A stretch of 64,000 nucleotides of DNA from a virus, in IMG/VR virus record IMGVR_UViG_3300024339_000015; one strand, 5' to 3'. Made by a program: the position numbers and the translations under genes. Below, one piece after another: positions 19,500-29,663 of this stretch (its first letter is position 1; every line of letters starts with the position of its first letter). The notes under the pieces were generated by a model. It was not told where the DNA came from and searched no databases. It saw only the letters and a program-made list of their open reading frames with translations.

Positions 19500-19854
19500 T
19501 AGATGGGGAAGCCCCGGACGTTGGTATTGCTTCTGGTCAGCAAAAACTGAGTCTAAAAAACGAGATGACCAACTGTTTGAAATTTGTGAAATTGGAAGAG
19601 GGCATTTATTTTCATACGGAGAGATGAAAAAAGATCTAGACAAAGTTTTACAGGAAGTAAAGGATAATTACGCGTTGCAAACAACGTGCAGTATGTTTAA
19701 AGAAGTTCCTGAAGGCGGAACGCTTGTAGATGCTACTTATGAAGAAACTGTTATTGAACCAGCTCCAGTGTCTAATAATGATCTTAAAGAATTAAAAACA
19801 TATATGATTCGATTTATAGATGACGTTGAGGAGGACACTGATTTATATGACTAG
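19489..19854 (+). CDS. Hypothetical protein
   Basis: ORF track; TGA stop in an ATGA overlap. Confidence 0.7.
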   Translation: MSYSRWGSPGRWYCFWSAKTESKKRDDQLFEICEIGRGHLFSYGEMKKDLDKVLQEVKDNYALQTTCSMFKEVPEGGTLVDATYEETVIEPAPVSNNDLKELKTYMIRFIDDVEEDTDLYD

Positions 19855-20077
19855 CTGGTACATAATACAAGTAGATTTTGAATACTTGTCTGATATAGAT
19901 ACTAGATTATGCTTTAGAGAGTATACAACTCTTAAAACAAGAGCTATGCGTGTATCTAACAAGCAGTCGAGGGAATTAAAAGCTCATTTAGATGATCAAG
20001 GAATTACTTATGAGTTTGTTAGAACAACTTATACACCTCAAACAGCTAAACGATTTAATCTTAATAGAGGGTATTAA
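19851..20077 (+). CDS. Hypothetical protein
   Basis: Likely ATG 19851 coupled to the upstream stop. Confidence 0.6.
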
Positions 20078-20105
20078 AAAATTACAGTACTAGGAGAAAA
20101 TAAAT

Positions 20106-20711
20106 ATGAAAATACATAATGAAAATTGCGAAGGATGCGTATCTACAGAAGGCGAGAAAGAGTGCTTCGATGATATAAGCGAAATGATGAATTACCATAA
20201 ATCACAAAGATCTTGGTACGAAGTTATCTGGGATGGCATTTATTACCCATGTTGGAGAGTATTTGATAAAATAAGATATTTTCCAAAAGAAGTTAAATGG
20301 TTTATTCAACGAGGAAAAAGGGGATGGTCAGACTGCGACAGTTGGAATGTGTATTCCCACATAGCAGAGATACTTCCATCCATGCTTAAGAAAATGAAGG
20401 AAGACAATCATGGGTACCCCTCAGCAATGTATGACGATAACGAATGGGAGCATACGGATGCCGAGGATAAAGCAGCAAAAGAAAAATGGGGTAAGATACT
20501 AAATGGTATTATTAAAACATTTGAAATTGAAGCTGGTATAGGTGATTCAGTTATTTTAGACCTAGGACCTCGCCCTACTAAGAGACAAAGAGAGTTTGGA
20601 AAAGAGCATTGTGAGAAATTTGGCGTTAAACTGCTAACTAAAGAAGATAGAAAAATTAGAAAAGAGGGCTGGAAAAACTTCCAGAAGTATTTTCACAACT
20701 TATGGGATTAA
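20106..20711 (+). CDS. Hypothetical protein
   Basis: ORF track, GGAG RBS. Confidence 0.75.
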   Translation: MKIHNENCEGCVSTEGEKECFDDISEMMNYHKSQRSWYEVIWDGIYYPCWRVFDKIRYFPKEVKWFIQRGKRGWSDCDSWNVYSHIAEILPSMLKKMKEDNHGYPSAMYDDNEWEHTDAEDKAAKEKWGKILNGIIKTFEIEAGIGDSVILDLGPRPTKRQREFGKEHCEKFGVKLLTKEDRKIRKEGWKNFQKYFHNLWD

Positions 20712-21103
20712 ATATGGAAAGCAAAGAAAATAAAATAGGTCATTTTGATTGTGCTTGTCACGATCGAGACCATATGATTAAAGTGTCCCATTTTAATTGG
20801 GGACCTGGTGATGAACATAATATACAAGAAATAGATTTTAATTTTGTTATACATCATACTTGTTGGGAAGCTAATAAAAATGGATATACTACTGAAAGTA
20901 GAATTCAAGAAAAGGCTAGAGATTTTCTTAACTTCTTTAGGCGCATTTGGTGGAGAATACGTAAATCGGCAGAAATACTTACTACTGGCAGTATAAAATT
21001 AGAAGGAAATTGGTCCGCTACAGAAGAAAGCTTTGCAGGTCTTAGAAAATGGATGAATAAAACCGCTAAGATAATTAAGCAAGAAAATGGGAGAGTATTG
21101 TAA
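20702..21103 (+). CDS. Hypothetical protein
   Basis: ORF track. Confidence 0.65.
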   Translation: MGLNMESKENKIGHFDCACHDRDHMIKVSHFNWGPGDEHNIQEIDFNFVIHHTCWEANKNGYTTESRIQEKARDFLNFFRRIWWRIRKSAEILTTGSIKLEGNWSATEESFAGLRKWMNKTAKIIKQENGRVL

Positions 21104-21903
21104 TGAGCGATGAAAAACAAACATGCTGTCAACCAGAAGAATCCTGTAAAGATGATATAAACGATGTGATGAGTTTAGAGGATAAAAAGAAAATGGAGCT
21201 TGACCTGTACTTATCTACATGCCAAGCAGCGGACGTAATACCAGACGACTTTGTTGTAAAAGCAGTAAAAGAATACTTACCGAGAAGCTATGATGGCCAC
21301 ACACACCACCATGCTAAACGAGAGTTAGAAATGGGCGAGTGGTTAAAAAAAGGCGAAGACACGCTGTATAACGGCATGATCGGAGAAGCAGTATTAGAAT
21401 TAATATCTGTTTTTGCAGGCCAAGGTCACTCCGGTATGAGTGCCGGAGTCGTAACAAGTTTATTTACAAAACTGTCAAAGCATGAGCCATTAGGCCCCCT
21501 TACGGGCGAAGACAACGAGTGGGTTTCTGATGTAGACAAATACAGTAAGGAGTTTGCAGAAGAAAATGGATATGGATACCAAAACAAACGTGAGTCTGCA
21601 GTATTTAAAAACAGTAAAGATGGTACGGCATACTATCTATACGCAATAGTGTTTAGAGAAGAGGATGGATCGACTTTTACAGGCAACAGTATTGAGATGC
21701 CTGACAGCAGCATGCTTACAAGCAGGCAGTACATAAAAGGATTTCCTTTTACACCTAAAACATTTTACATTGATGTTGTGTCGAAACGATACAAAGATAG
21801 AGATGAAAAACTTGAAGATATAAACGGGGACTGGTGGAAACACTGGATTAAGGACGAAAGCCAGTTGAAGGAAGTTTGGGAATACTACGATAAATATAAA
21901 TAA
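21103..21903 (+). CDS. Phage hypothetical protein (QGHSGMSA motif)
   Basis: ORF track; TAATG coupling. Confidence 0.75.
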   Translation: MSDEKQTCCQPEESCKDDINDVMSLEDKKKMELDLYLSTCQAADVIPDDFVVKAVKEYLPRSYDGHTHHHAKRELEMGEWLKKGEDTLYNGMIGEAVLELISVFAGQGHSGMSAGVVTSLFTKLSKHEPLGPLTGEDNEWVSDVDKYSKEFAEENGYGYQNKRESAVFKNSKDGTAYYLYAIVFREEDGSTFTGNSIEMPDSSMLTSRQYIKGFPFTPKTFYIDVVSKRYKDRDEKLEDINGDWWKHWIKDESQLKEVWEYYDKYK

Positions 21904-21950
21904 CATAGGAAAAATAAATATGAACTTACATAAAGACAAGGATACTTAAA

Positions 21951-22292
21951 ATGGGATTAGACACGTACTCAAGTAAAGAAGAACTGGATTATGGAAAGAT
22001 AGAGCTTTGTGGTGGAATGATGTCTGCTAATGGCCAAGGATCGTTTCGTGGAAAGGTTTACTCTGATTTTATAGAGAAAGTTACAGGCGAAAGTTTGTAT
22101 CAAGAAAAAATATCGAATAAAACAGTAAGAACTATGTCCTTTAAACTGACTAAGTATATAGAAGATAATACAGAAGAGACACATAACCCAGATCTATACG
22201 AATGGGAAGTGACGTGGGAAGATGCAAAAAATCTTGCTAAGTGGTTCAGAGCTACGGCTTGGGACGATGCCGATGTTCTAGGATGGTGGTAA
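21951..22292 (+). CDS. Hypothetical protein (MGLD- start)
   Basis: ORF track, AAGGA RBS. Confidence 0.7.
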   Translation: MGLDTYSSKEELDYGKIELCGGMMSANGQGSFRGKVYSDFIEKVTGESLYQEKISNKTVRTMSFKLTKYIEDNTEETHNPDLYEWEVTWEDAKNLAKWFRATAWDDADVLGWW

Positions 22293-22293
22293 G

Positions 22294-22941
22294 ATGAAGC
22301 TAGTATGTATATCTGATAACCATAATAACTACAATGATTTTATTGTCCCAAACGGAGATGTCCTTATACATGCAGGTGACTTTTCTTATCAAGGCAAGCC
22401 CGGAGAGATAGTAGATTTTATGGACTGGTTAAACAGACAGCCACATACACATAAACTATGGATCCCAGGGAACCATGAGTTGTCCTTAGAAGATTTTCCA
22501 TACAATATTGAGACGATTGAAAAAGAAACTAGTTCAGTTTGTTTGCATAACAAAGAATACACAATAGATGGGGCCAGATTTTTCGGAGCAGCGTTTACAC
22601 CAGAATTTAATCACTGGGCGTACAATCTTACAGATAGACAATCAAAAGTATTTTGGGAAAATGCACCTAGTACGGACGTACTCGTATCCCATGGACCACC
22701 TAGAGATGTATTGGATACATCTGGGTATCACGGTAGGCCATTAGGATGTAAGTATCATTTTGAGTACTTAAAACGAACCAAACCGAAGATTAATGTATTC
22801 GGCCACATACATGGATCAGGGGGCTTAGAAGAAAAACTTCAATGGGACAACGGAAGTACAACGCTTTGTGCAAATGTATCAGTATTAAACGAAAAGTATA
22901 AGTTCGAAAATGAACCTACTGTCCTTGACGTAAATATTTAA
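22294..22941 (+). CDS. Calcineurin-like metallophosphoesterase
   Basis: ISDNH, IHAGDF, IPGNHE, SHGPP, VFGHIH. Confidence 0.93.
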   Translation: MKLVCISDNHNNYNDFIVPNGDVLIHAGDFSYQGKPGEIVDFMDWLNRQPHTHKLWIPGNHELSLEDFPYNIETIEKETSSVCLHNKEYTIDGARFFGAAFTPEFNHWAYNLTDRQSKVFWENAPSTDVLVSHGPPRDVLDTSGYHGRPLGCKYHFEYLKRTKPKINVFGHIHGSGGLEEKLQWDNGSTTLCANVSVLNEKYKFENEPTVLDVNI

Positions 22942-22954
22942 ATTAAGGAAAATT

Positions 22955-23269
22955 ATGAAAGAGCCAAGAACGAAGTATGAAGTATTGGAAATGGTAAAAG
23001 AACTTCGTAACTTACAGTTTGATGAGTTAGAAAATCTGGGTAAGTCTATGATGTTAGAAGACATGTTCCCAGATAAACCATTTCCAGTAAAGATAGAAGT
23101 TTCCGGAGGAAATATAGAGAAGCCTTATGAACTAGCTACAGCTTATTTTACTTTTGCTGATGGGTCCGTAGAAAACATAAAATTAATGGAGGTCTCAAAA
23201 AAATTGTGGCCTCAAGAACTAATAAACCAATTTAATAAAGATGAAAAAAGAAAGTCCATCGACAGATAG
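22955..23269 (+). CDS. Hypothetical protein
   Basis: ORF track. Confidence 0.7.
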   Translation: MKEPRTKYEVLEMVKELRNLQFDELENLGKSMMLEDMFPDKPFPVKIEVSGGNIEKPYELATAYFTFADGSVENIKLMEVSKKLWPQELINQFNKDEKRKSIDR

Positions 23270-23651
23270 CACAATAAATACTCTCAACTACTCACATAGC
23301 ACGATTCCAAGTGTATACACATGTTCAGCAGGAACAGCCAACAGTTCATTTTTATACCCAGATGTTCAAAGTACAAGTATACAGCTTACAGCGTCTAATG
23401 GTGAAATAATAAATTTATTTATTGATGATAATGATGGCTTGCTTAAGTGCTCTGGAAAAATAGATGAAGAAACAATAACACCTTTCATAAACCTATTTAA
23501 CCAAAGACTTATTGAGGATTCAAATATTCCGGTAAAATTAGAGTTGCTGCTTATTGATGCTGTGGGCTTGCTAAAAAAGAGCGGCGCGGTAAAAACCTCT
23601 CAAGGAAAGAAGTTACTAAGAAAATTTAAAAGTTATTTACTAGGAGAATAA
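23241..23651 (+). CDS. Hypothetical protein
   Basis: ORF track. Confidence 0.65.
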   Translation: MKKESPSTDSTINTLNYSHSTIPSVYTCSAGTANSSFLYPDVQSTSIQLTASNGEIINLFIDDNDGLLKCSGKIDEETITPFINLFNQRLIEDSNIPVKLELLLIDAVGLLKKSGAVKTSQGKKLLRKFKSYLLGE

Positions 23652-23699
23652 AATGGATAAAGCTGTTAATAAGTATATTGTAAATGATGGAGAAATAAG

Positions 23700-24170
23700 A
23701 TGGGAACAAATTATTACAGAGAACCCTTAAAAGAAAGATATAATGAAGACTGTGATTTAAATTATTTTACAGATAAGTATGAATCACACATCGGTAAACG
23801 TAGCGCAGCAGGATACTATTGCTGGGACTGCAAAACGACGTTAAAGGTCGGCGGAGAAGCCAAAGTACATTATGACGGAGAGTGGTATGATGAGTGTCCT
23901 AAGTGTGGTGCATCTAAGCATGTAGAGACTTTAGACGATAGTTCTGCTGGACGAGAGCTTGGGTTTAATAAATCAAATACAAGCAAGCATAACGGCGTTA
24001 GAACAGTGTCTTCTTTTAATTGGGCTATAGATCCTGAAACTTTAGATAGTGTATTAAACGAAAAAACATATAATGAATATGGAGATGACTTCACAAAAGA
24101 AGAGTTTAAAAATCTTATTTCAGACTGTCCTATACACTTTACTAGGTCAATTGGGAAAGAATTTTCATAG
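23700..24170 (+). CDS. Hypothetical protein with CxxC pairs
   Basis: CWDC...CPKC. Confidence 0.75.
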   Translation: MGTNYYREPLKERYNEDCDLNYFTDKYESHIGKRSAAGYYCWDCKTTLKVGGEAKVHYDGEWYDECPKCGASKHVETLDDSSAGRELGFNKSNTSKHNGVRTVSSFNWAIDPETLDSVLNEKTYNEYGDDFTKEEFKNLISDCPIHFTRSIGKEFS

Positions 24171-24181
24171 GGAGAAATAAA

Positions 24182-24394
24182 ATGAGTACAGTAAAAGATA
24201 CTTGCGCATGTGGGGCTAAGTTTGAGTTTACAGAACAAAAAGGGTGGGGACGAGGTTGCGACACCATGCACAAACAATGGCTTACTGCACATGAAACGTG
24301 CAGAAATAAATATGTGCAACCTGCTTGGATTGTTCCAGTAGATGAAAGTTTAAAACCGCCATTTGAAATAACTTGCAATACAAAGGAGAAATAA
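24182..24394 (+). CDS. Hypothetical protein
   Basis: ORF track, GGAG RBS. Confidence 0.65.
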   Translation: MSTVKDTCACGAKFEFTEQKGWGRGCDTMHKQWLTAHETCRNKYVQPAWIVPVDESLKPPFEITCNTKEK

Positions 24395-24395
24395 A

Positions 24396-24794
24396 ATGAA
24401 TAAACAAACGTTTATAAAAATAGTAAAGTGTCTTAGAAAGCAATATGCTTTAGAGCACGATTTCGCTAATGCAATGGAACCTGTTCTAGACGGCAGGTTT
24501 GTTCCACAAATATCTAACGACGTAATGGAAGCTTTTAGGCTTGCGCTCGTAAGTGCTACAGACGAAGATTTTGAAGACTGGGCCTGGTGGTGGTTGTACG
24601 ACTGTAACGGGATAGATAAAGATTTGGAGCATGATTGGTTTATAAGAGATGCTAAAGAACAAAAAAACGAAGCCATCTTTACGCAAGGCACAAGAGAGCC
24701 TCTTGCGGCATTTAGTGATGGCAAAGAATACGCACCACGCAACGCCGAGGAGCTATATGAAATGATTGAACTTTTTAACGATGAGAAGGGATAA
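24396..24794 (+). CDS. Hypothetical protein
   Basis: ORF track, AAGGAG RBS. Confidence 0.7.
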   Translation: MNKQTFIKIVKCLRKQYALEHDFANAMEPVLDGRFVPQISNDVMEAFRLALVSATDEDFEDWAWWWLYDCNGIDKDLEHDWFIRDAKEQKNEAIFTQGTREPLAAFSDGKEYAPRNAEELYEMIELFNDEKG

Positions 24795-24811
24795 ATAATG
24801 AGGAGCATATA

Positions 24812-25159
24812 ATGTCAACTAGAGCAACATACACAATACACAATGAAGAGTTAAGACCTCAGACATACTACATACACCATGATGGGTACGAAGCTGGGGC
24901 TAAAAGTTATTTTCAAGAAATGGTGGACTATGAGGGTCCGGGCAGTAATCAAGACCGCTTTATAAAAGCTAATATAGGAGCCACGTTTACTTACGGTCGC
25001 GAGGCACATGGGGATACTGAATATCACTATGACTTGTCAGTAACAGGGCTAGTAACGATGCAGGAATCGGAGGGGTTTACTGAAGATGGGCCGAGAGACT
25101 GGGTAACTATAAAAACAATAGATCTAGATAAATGGTTGGAGGAAGTAAACAATGGGTAG
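24812..25159 (+). CDS. Phage hypothetical protein (MSTRA...YIHHDGY)
   Basis: ORF track, GAGGAG RBS. Confidence 0.75.
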   Translation: MSTRATYTIHNEELRPQTYYIHHDGYEAGAKSYFQEMVDYEGPGSNQDRFIKANIGATFTYGREAHGDTEYHYDLSVTGLVTMQESEGFTEDGPRDWVTIKTIDLDKWLEEVNNG

Positions 25160-25442
25160 AGAAAAACAATTGCAGGAAGTACCAATGACCAGAGAATACT
25201 TTATGGAGAAGAACGCCAGTAGTAATAAATCTATTGAGGTTTTTAGGATGAAGTGTTGTGACGAAGAAGTTGGGCGACATATCTTAAATAAAAATATACC
25301 AGAAGACTTGGAATTAGTTGAAGATCACTGTGAACGATACTTGCAAACTTACAAGAGTGCAGAGTCCATAACTCCTATTTATTGTAGTTGTGGTCGGCTC
25401 CAAGAATATGAAATTAGCCTGGATGGGAGGAAAACATGGTAA
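25152..25442 (+). CDS. Hypothetical protein
   Basis: ORF track. Confidence 0.65.
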   Translation: MGREKQLQEVPMTREYFMEKNASSNKSIEVFRMKCCDEEVGRHILNKNIPEDLELVEDHCERYLQTYKSAESITPIYCSCGRLQEYEISLDGRKTW

Positions 25443-25592
25443 CAACAGACAAAAAAGATAACTTAAGGTTTACGGTGCCCGGAGGAGGCTGGTTTTATAT
25501 ATGGCTTATTATGTGGGTAGGCGACCCTGACATAATAGACAGTATAATAGAAGTGATAAAGGCATTGTCATCCTGGATAGGGAGGTTATAAA

Positions 25593-25925
25593 ATGATAAG
25601 TAAAAAACAAAGTATACATGATTTTGGCCCACATCTAGAAAAGATACTGGTTAGAATGTGTAAAGTTGTGGGGGCAGACCCCAATACAATAGACTTTAAA
25701 ACAGATAATTGGTATCACTTATATTCTTGGACACCAGAAACAGAGGCAAAATTCAAAGAGTGGATGGTAAAGTACCTTAGAACAACTGCTGCTGCCAGGT
25801 CGGAGCTTTTCGGGCACGGGACTTATGTAAGAAAGGAATTACTTGAACGAGAAGTAGATATGTTTAACTTGAATTATGGGTGGAAGACTAAGAATTATGA
25901 GGATATAGAATGGGAGCAAGATTAA
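25593..25925 (+). CDS. Hypothetical protein
   Basis: ORF track, GGAGG RBS. Confidence 0.7.
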   Translation: MISKKQSIHDFGPHLEKILVRMCKVVGADPNTIDFKTDNWYHLYSWTPETEAKFKEWMVKYLRTTAAARSELFGHGTYVRKELLEREVDMFNLNYGWKTKNYEDIEWEQD

Positions 25926-26034
25926 TACAGGCTCTGAAAATTGTAACCTTACCATTTTTACTGATTATCGTATTAGTGGTCGGTACGTTTAGAGGGGTCG
26001 TCTCGCACATAAAAGAGATGGGGAAAAAAGAGTA

Positions 26035-26601
26035 ATGAATTACTTCACAAGTGACCTTCATTTTAATCACGCTAAAATATGTGACTATACAAAGCGTCCA
26101 TGGAAAGAAGATGTGGAAAAAATGAATAGTACACTTATAAATAATATTAATTCTAGGGTAAAACCTAGCGACACTTTATACCACGTTGGTGATTTTGCTT
26201 TTAAAGGCGGGTGGCAAGGTGGGAAAGAAGCTGCCCAACATTTTGAGGATAGAATTAATTGCAAAGTTATTCATGTACTAGGAAATCATGACCGTAATAA
26301 CCACATAAAAAACAGTATTAGATATGCTGAAATGTGGTTTGGCAATAAACGATGGTGCTTACAACATCACCCACCAGAGCCTAGACAGTTGAGACGGTTT
26401 CCGTACGCAGGAGATACTACCACGGTTTATTTAGTAGGCCATGTCCATGAAGCATGGAAACATAAATGGGTAGAAGATTTTCTTGTAATTAATGTAGGTA
26501 CAGATGTTTGGAATTACAGGCCTATAAACACAAGTGAAATAGTAGTATATGCAGATAGATGTATTAAACGATTAACCAAAGGAATAGATAATGCCAAATA
26601 A
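26035..26601 (+). CDS. Phage calcineurin-like phosphoesterase
   Basis: FTSDLHFNH, YHVGDF, LGNHD, LVGHVH, INVGTD. Confidence 0.92.
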   Translation: MNYFTSDLHFNHAKICDYTKRPWKEDVEKMNSTLINNINSRVKPSDTLYHVGDFAFKGGWQGGKEAAQHFEDRINCKVIHVLGNHDRNNHIKNSIRYAEMWFGNKRWCLQHHPPEPRQLRRFPYAGDTTTVYLVGHVHEAWKHKWVEDFLVINVGTDVWNYRPINTSEIVVYADRCIKRLTKGIDNAK

Positions 26602-26863
26602 TAACTGGGAATCGCAGAGAGCAGAAATTGCGGCTTGGCTTTCTGGTTGGTCTGGAATGATTAAAAAATGGGTTGATAAAATCCTAGACTCAGACCATGA
26701 CGTTGACAAGAATAAAATTATAAACACTCTAACAGAGTGGATTAAATATCTTGAAGACACAAAACTAAAGATAATAAAAATGAACAGTACACCTCCCAAA
26801 GAAGAACCTGAGGGGTATGTCTCTAAAGAAACTAACGAAGACAAACAAAACTTAACCGAGTAG
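26591..26863 (+). CDS. Hypothetical protein
   Basis: ORF track. Confidence 0.6.
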   Translation: MPNNNWESQRAEIAAWLSGWSGMIKKWVDKILDSDHDVDKNKIINTLTEWIKYLEDTKLKIIKMNSTPPKEEPEGYVSKETNEDKQNLTE

Positions 26864-26882
26864 CAACAAACCAAAATCAACA

Positions 26883-27014
26883 ATGAAAATGAACAAAGAA
26901 GCTATTTCTGCCCGTAGTAAGATATACTACGAAGGTAACAAAGAAGCTATTGCCGCTAAGAGTAAGGTATATAGGGAAGTTAACAAAGAAGCTATTTCCC
27001 CTCCCATTAACTGA
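26883..27014 (+). pseudogene. Short remnant of NKEAI-repeat linker, typical of homing-endonuclease-like proteins
   Basis: Three 45-bp-spaced AACAAAGAAGCTATT copies (15-aa repeat), truncated after 43 aa. Confidence 0.45.
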
Positions 27015-27028
27015 GGGTAAATAAAAAA

Positions 27029-27205
27029 TAGCCGAGCAACCACAAACCCACTGGTATTTAGGTCTTCAAGGGGAATGGAATGCGAACTTGATGTAAATCC
27101 TGCTCGGCTAAAGGCTGGGCGCACACTTGCCCAAAAAGTGGGTGGTATGCCTATAAGAATGATGGACGAAAAGCCAGCATGGTAACAGGCCAGTATGCAT
27201 ACCAC
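27029..27205. ncRNA. Candidate pseudoknotted RNA, class unknown
   Basis: TAGCCGAGCA/TGCTCGGCTA (10 bp) crossed by ACCCACT/AGTGGGT (7 bp); also GTGGTATGC/GCATACCAC and TGGGC/GCCCA. Confidence 0.45.
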
Positions 27206-27354
27206 TTTTAGTAACTAATAAGGAAACAAATAACATGATCACATTTAACGATTATTTAGGGTCAATGAAATACACGGACCAAGAGGACATCCTCTTGAAC
27301 AAGACATAGAAGAAATACTAATTAAAAATTCAAACACAACAATCAGGAAATAAC

Positions 27355-27534
27355 ATGAATAACACAAAACAAATATACGAACACATAACAGCATTATACA
27401 TGGACTTCGTAGATAACCATGAAGAAAGCATGAACGGAAACAAAGCAGCTGGAAGCAGAGCACGTAAAGCACTTGGCGAGATTAAGAAACTTGTAACTGC
27501 TTATCGTAAAGCATCTGTAGAGGCATCAAAATAA
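27355..27534 (+). CDS. Histone H1-like (Hc1-type) small protein
   Basis: Manually translated: ...GNKAAGSRARKALGEIKKLVTAYRKASV; missing from the ORF track (59 aa). Confidence 0.75.
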   Translation: MNNTKQIYEHITALYMDFVDNHEESMNGNKAAGSRARKALGEIKKLVTAYRKASVEASK

Positions 27535-27848
27535 TGAAAGTAAATCTTTTAATGCAGGTAAATGACGTAAGTCTGACTGCTGAAAATATAACACTAACTA
27601 AAGCATTTGAAACTATGCATACTACGCTTAGATTTACAGATGTGGATAAAGAGTCTAAGATTGGGGTTTCATTGTCGGGAACAGATAAGTATTCTGACAA
27701 TTATTGGCGTTTAGGGTCTGGTACACATAGTAACTTCTATGAAATGGTCGGAGATATTAATGACACACTTACAACCTCTCCAGGTTGGCCAACGGGGCTT
27801 AAGATTCCTAAAAGATTCATTAAAAAATGGGAGCTTAATGAGGCATAA
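27534..27848 (+). CDS. Hypothetical protein
   Basis: ORF track; TAATG coupling. Confidence 0.65.
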   Translation: MKVNLLMQVNDVSLTAENITLTKAFETMHTTLRFTDVDKESKIGVSLSGTDKYSDNYWRLGSGTHSNFYEMVGDINDTLTTSPGWPTGLKIPKRFIKKWELNEA

Positions 27849-28047
27849 ATTAAGAACTATAGACAAAGGACAGTTTTATATACAACTATTCACAGCTATT
27901 TTATTTATGTATAAATCTATAGAGGTATCGCCCATAAGCCCTATAAATGTTTTAATCGGCTTATTGTTACTAACAGGATGGTCTTTAGGGGCCGTTAGAC
28001 ATAGAACTGTTAGAAGGAGATTAAGAAATAATGAAAACAAAAACTAA
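27838..28047 (+). CDS. Small membrane protein
   Basis: Two hydrophobic segments; likely ATG 27838. Confidence 0.55.
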   Translation: MRHKLRTIDKGQFYIQLFTAILFMYKSIEVSPISPINVLIGLLLLTGWSLGAVRHRTVRRRLRNNENKN

Positions 28048-29173
28048 ATTCGGACCCATATATGCATTAGCTTCGAATGGTAAGATAAAAATATGGCAAG
28101 CAATTATCCGCCCAACTGATCGCGGTGCTTATATAACGTATAAATATGGCTACGATGATGGACAGCAACAAACACAAATGAGAGAAGTATTTGAAGGTAA
28201 AAATCTCGGTAAAAAGAATGAGACTACTGCATTTGAGCAAGCTTGTAAGGACGCTGAAAGTAAATACAATAAAAAATGTGATGCAGGCTATCAAGCGGAT
28301 AAGGATGGATTAACCGTCCCAATTTTACCAATGTTAGCTCACTCTTATAGTAAGCGAGGTCATAACATAAATTGGCCCTGCTATATTCAACCAAAGATAG
28401 ACGGAATTCGCTGTACTTTCACAATGAAAAACGATGTTATTACAATGTTTACACGGAAAGGTAAAGAGTTTACCCCATTACCCCATTTAGATGGTGCTAT
28501 CCGATTGTTATATGAAAATGTACAGTCTAACCACTTCTCTACTGAAGATTTATATTTTGATGGAGAAATGTATTCTGATACTTTAACCTTTCAAGAATTA
28601 GCAGGAACGCTTCGCAGACATAAAAATACAGATGAAACTCTTAACCAAATATATTTAGTTGTATTTGATATATTCTATTTAAGTAAAGATAGGGCGTATG
28701 ATTTTGGGTTTAGAACGGCTTTATTAGACCAATTTTTTGAGTCGTATACAAGTAGTTATATTAAGTTAATTGAGACTGAGCAGGTGACCGATGAGGCAAT
28801 GGTTCACGAGCAACACCAGGAGTATATTGAAGCTGGTTACGAGGGCATAATGCTGCGTAACGCATTAGGTGCCTACAAACTAAACCAGCGTTCTGCTGAT
28901 CTTCAGAAACTTAAAATGTTTCAAGACGAAGAATTTGAAATAGTTGGTTTTAAAGAAGGAGAGGGCGTTGAAGAAGGTTGTGTAGTATGGCAATGTACTA
29001 CAGGGGCATATACTTTCTGGGTTAGGCCAAGAGGTACTCAGGAGATACGAAAAGAATTGTTTAAACACGGATATGACTATATTGGAAAACAACTTACAGT
29101 ACGTTATCAAGAATTAACTGATGACGGGAAACCTAGATTTCCCGTGGGAATTTCAATACGAGACTATGAATAA
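28031..29173 (+). CDS. lig: ATP-dependent DNA ligase
   Basis: PMLA, QPKIDGIR, YFDGEMY, VFDI, EGIMLR, LQKLK, RYQELT..GKPRFP. Confidence 0.95.
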   Translation: MKTKTKFGPIYALASNGKIKIWQAIIRPTDRGAYITYKYGYDDGQQQTQMREVFEGKNLGKKNETTAFEQACKDAESKYNKKCDAGYQADKDGLTVPILPMLAHSYSKRGHNINWPCYIQPKIDGIRCTFTMKNDVITMFTRKGKEFTPLPHLDGAIRLLYENVQSNHFSTEDLYFDGEMYSDTLTFQELAGTLRRHKNTDETLNQIYLVVFDIFYLSKDRAYDFGFRTALLDQFFESYTSSYIKLIETEQVTDEAMVHEQHQEYIEAGYEGIMLRNALGAYKLNQRSADLQKLKMFQDEEFEIVGFKEGEGVEEGCVVWQCTTGAYTFWVRPRGTQEIRKELFKHGYDYIGKQLTVRYQELTDDGKPRFPVGISIRDYE

Positions 29174-29441
29174 AAAAGAAACAATGAAAGAACTAATAGC
29201 TGAAGCTAACCCAGAAGCAATGTTAGCAGACGGGTTCGACGACGCCTTAATTGGGTATACAGATGGTAGCAATGTTATCGCAGTTTATGACAGAGATAGG
29301 TGCGTAAGCATACTAAACCAAGACATGCCACTAGAAGATGCTGAAGATTACTTTTATTACAACGTAATAGGATCGTATGTAGGTGAGTATACTCCTATAT
29401 TTATTAAAGTATTTAACAAAGAAGAGGAATTTAATGACTAG
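29167..29441 (+). CDS. Phage hypothetical protein (ADGFDDALIG)
   Basis: ORF track; likely ATG 29167. Confidence 0.75.
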
Positions 29442-29616
29442 AAAAGAGGTTATAAAAACAAGTGGGCAGTTTTCAATATATGGGGTATTTAGGTTTTCAA
29501 CTTATATGCTTTCAGCAGTATCTTTATATATAGAGGACTTTCAGATGGCTGCTATCACTTTAGGGTTTGGAGCACTACTTGGTTTTATCAGACGTGTAGC
29601 AAGAATTTGGGAATAA
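29434..29616 (+). CDS. Small membrane protein
   Basis: Hydrophobic; likely ATG 29434. Confidence 0.55.
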   Translation: MTRKEVIKTSGQFSIYGVFRFSTYMLSAVSLYIEDFQMAAITLGFGALLGFIRRVARIWE

Positions 29617-29619
29617 GTC

Positions 29620-29648
29620 TTGATCGTTTAAGATTTATATACTATATT
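29620..29648 (+). promoter_or_regulatory. Sigma70-like promoter TTGATC-N17-TATATT
   Basis: Read directly upstream of hsp20. Confidence 0.65.
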
Positions 29649-29663
29649 AAAGAATAACCGTAC

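Noticed and set aside
27140-27200. Hammerhead ribozyme core near ATGATGGACGAAA
   Set aside because: Lacks CUGAUGA and the correct three-helix arrangement.
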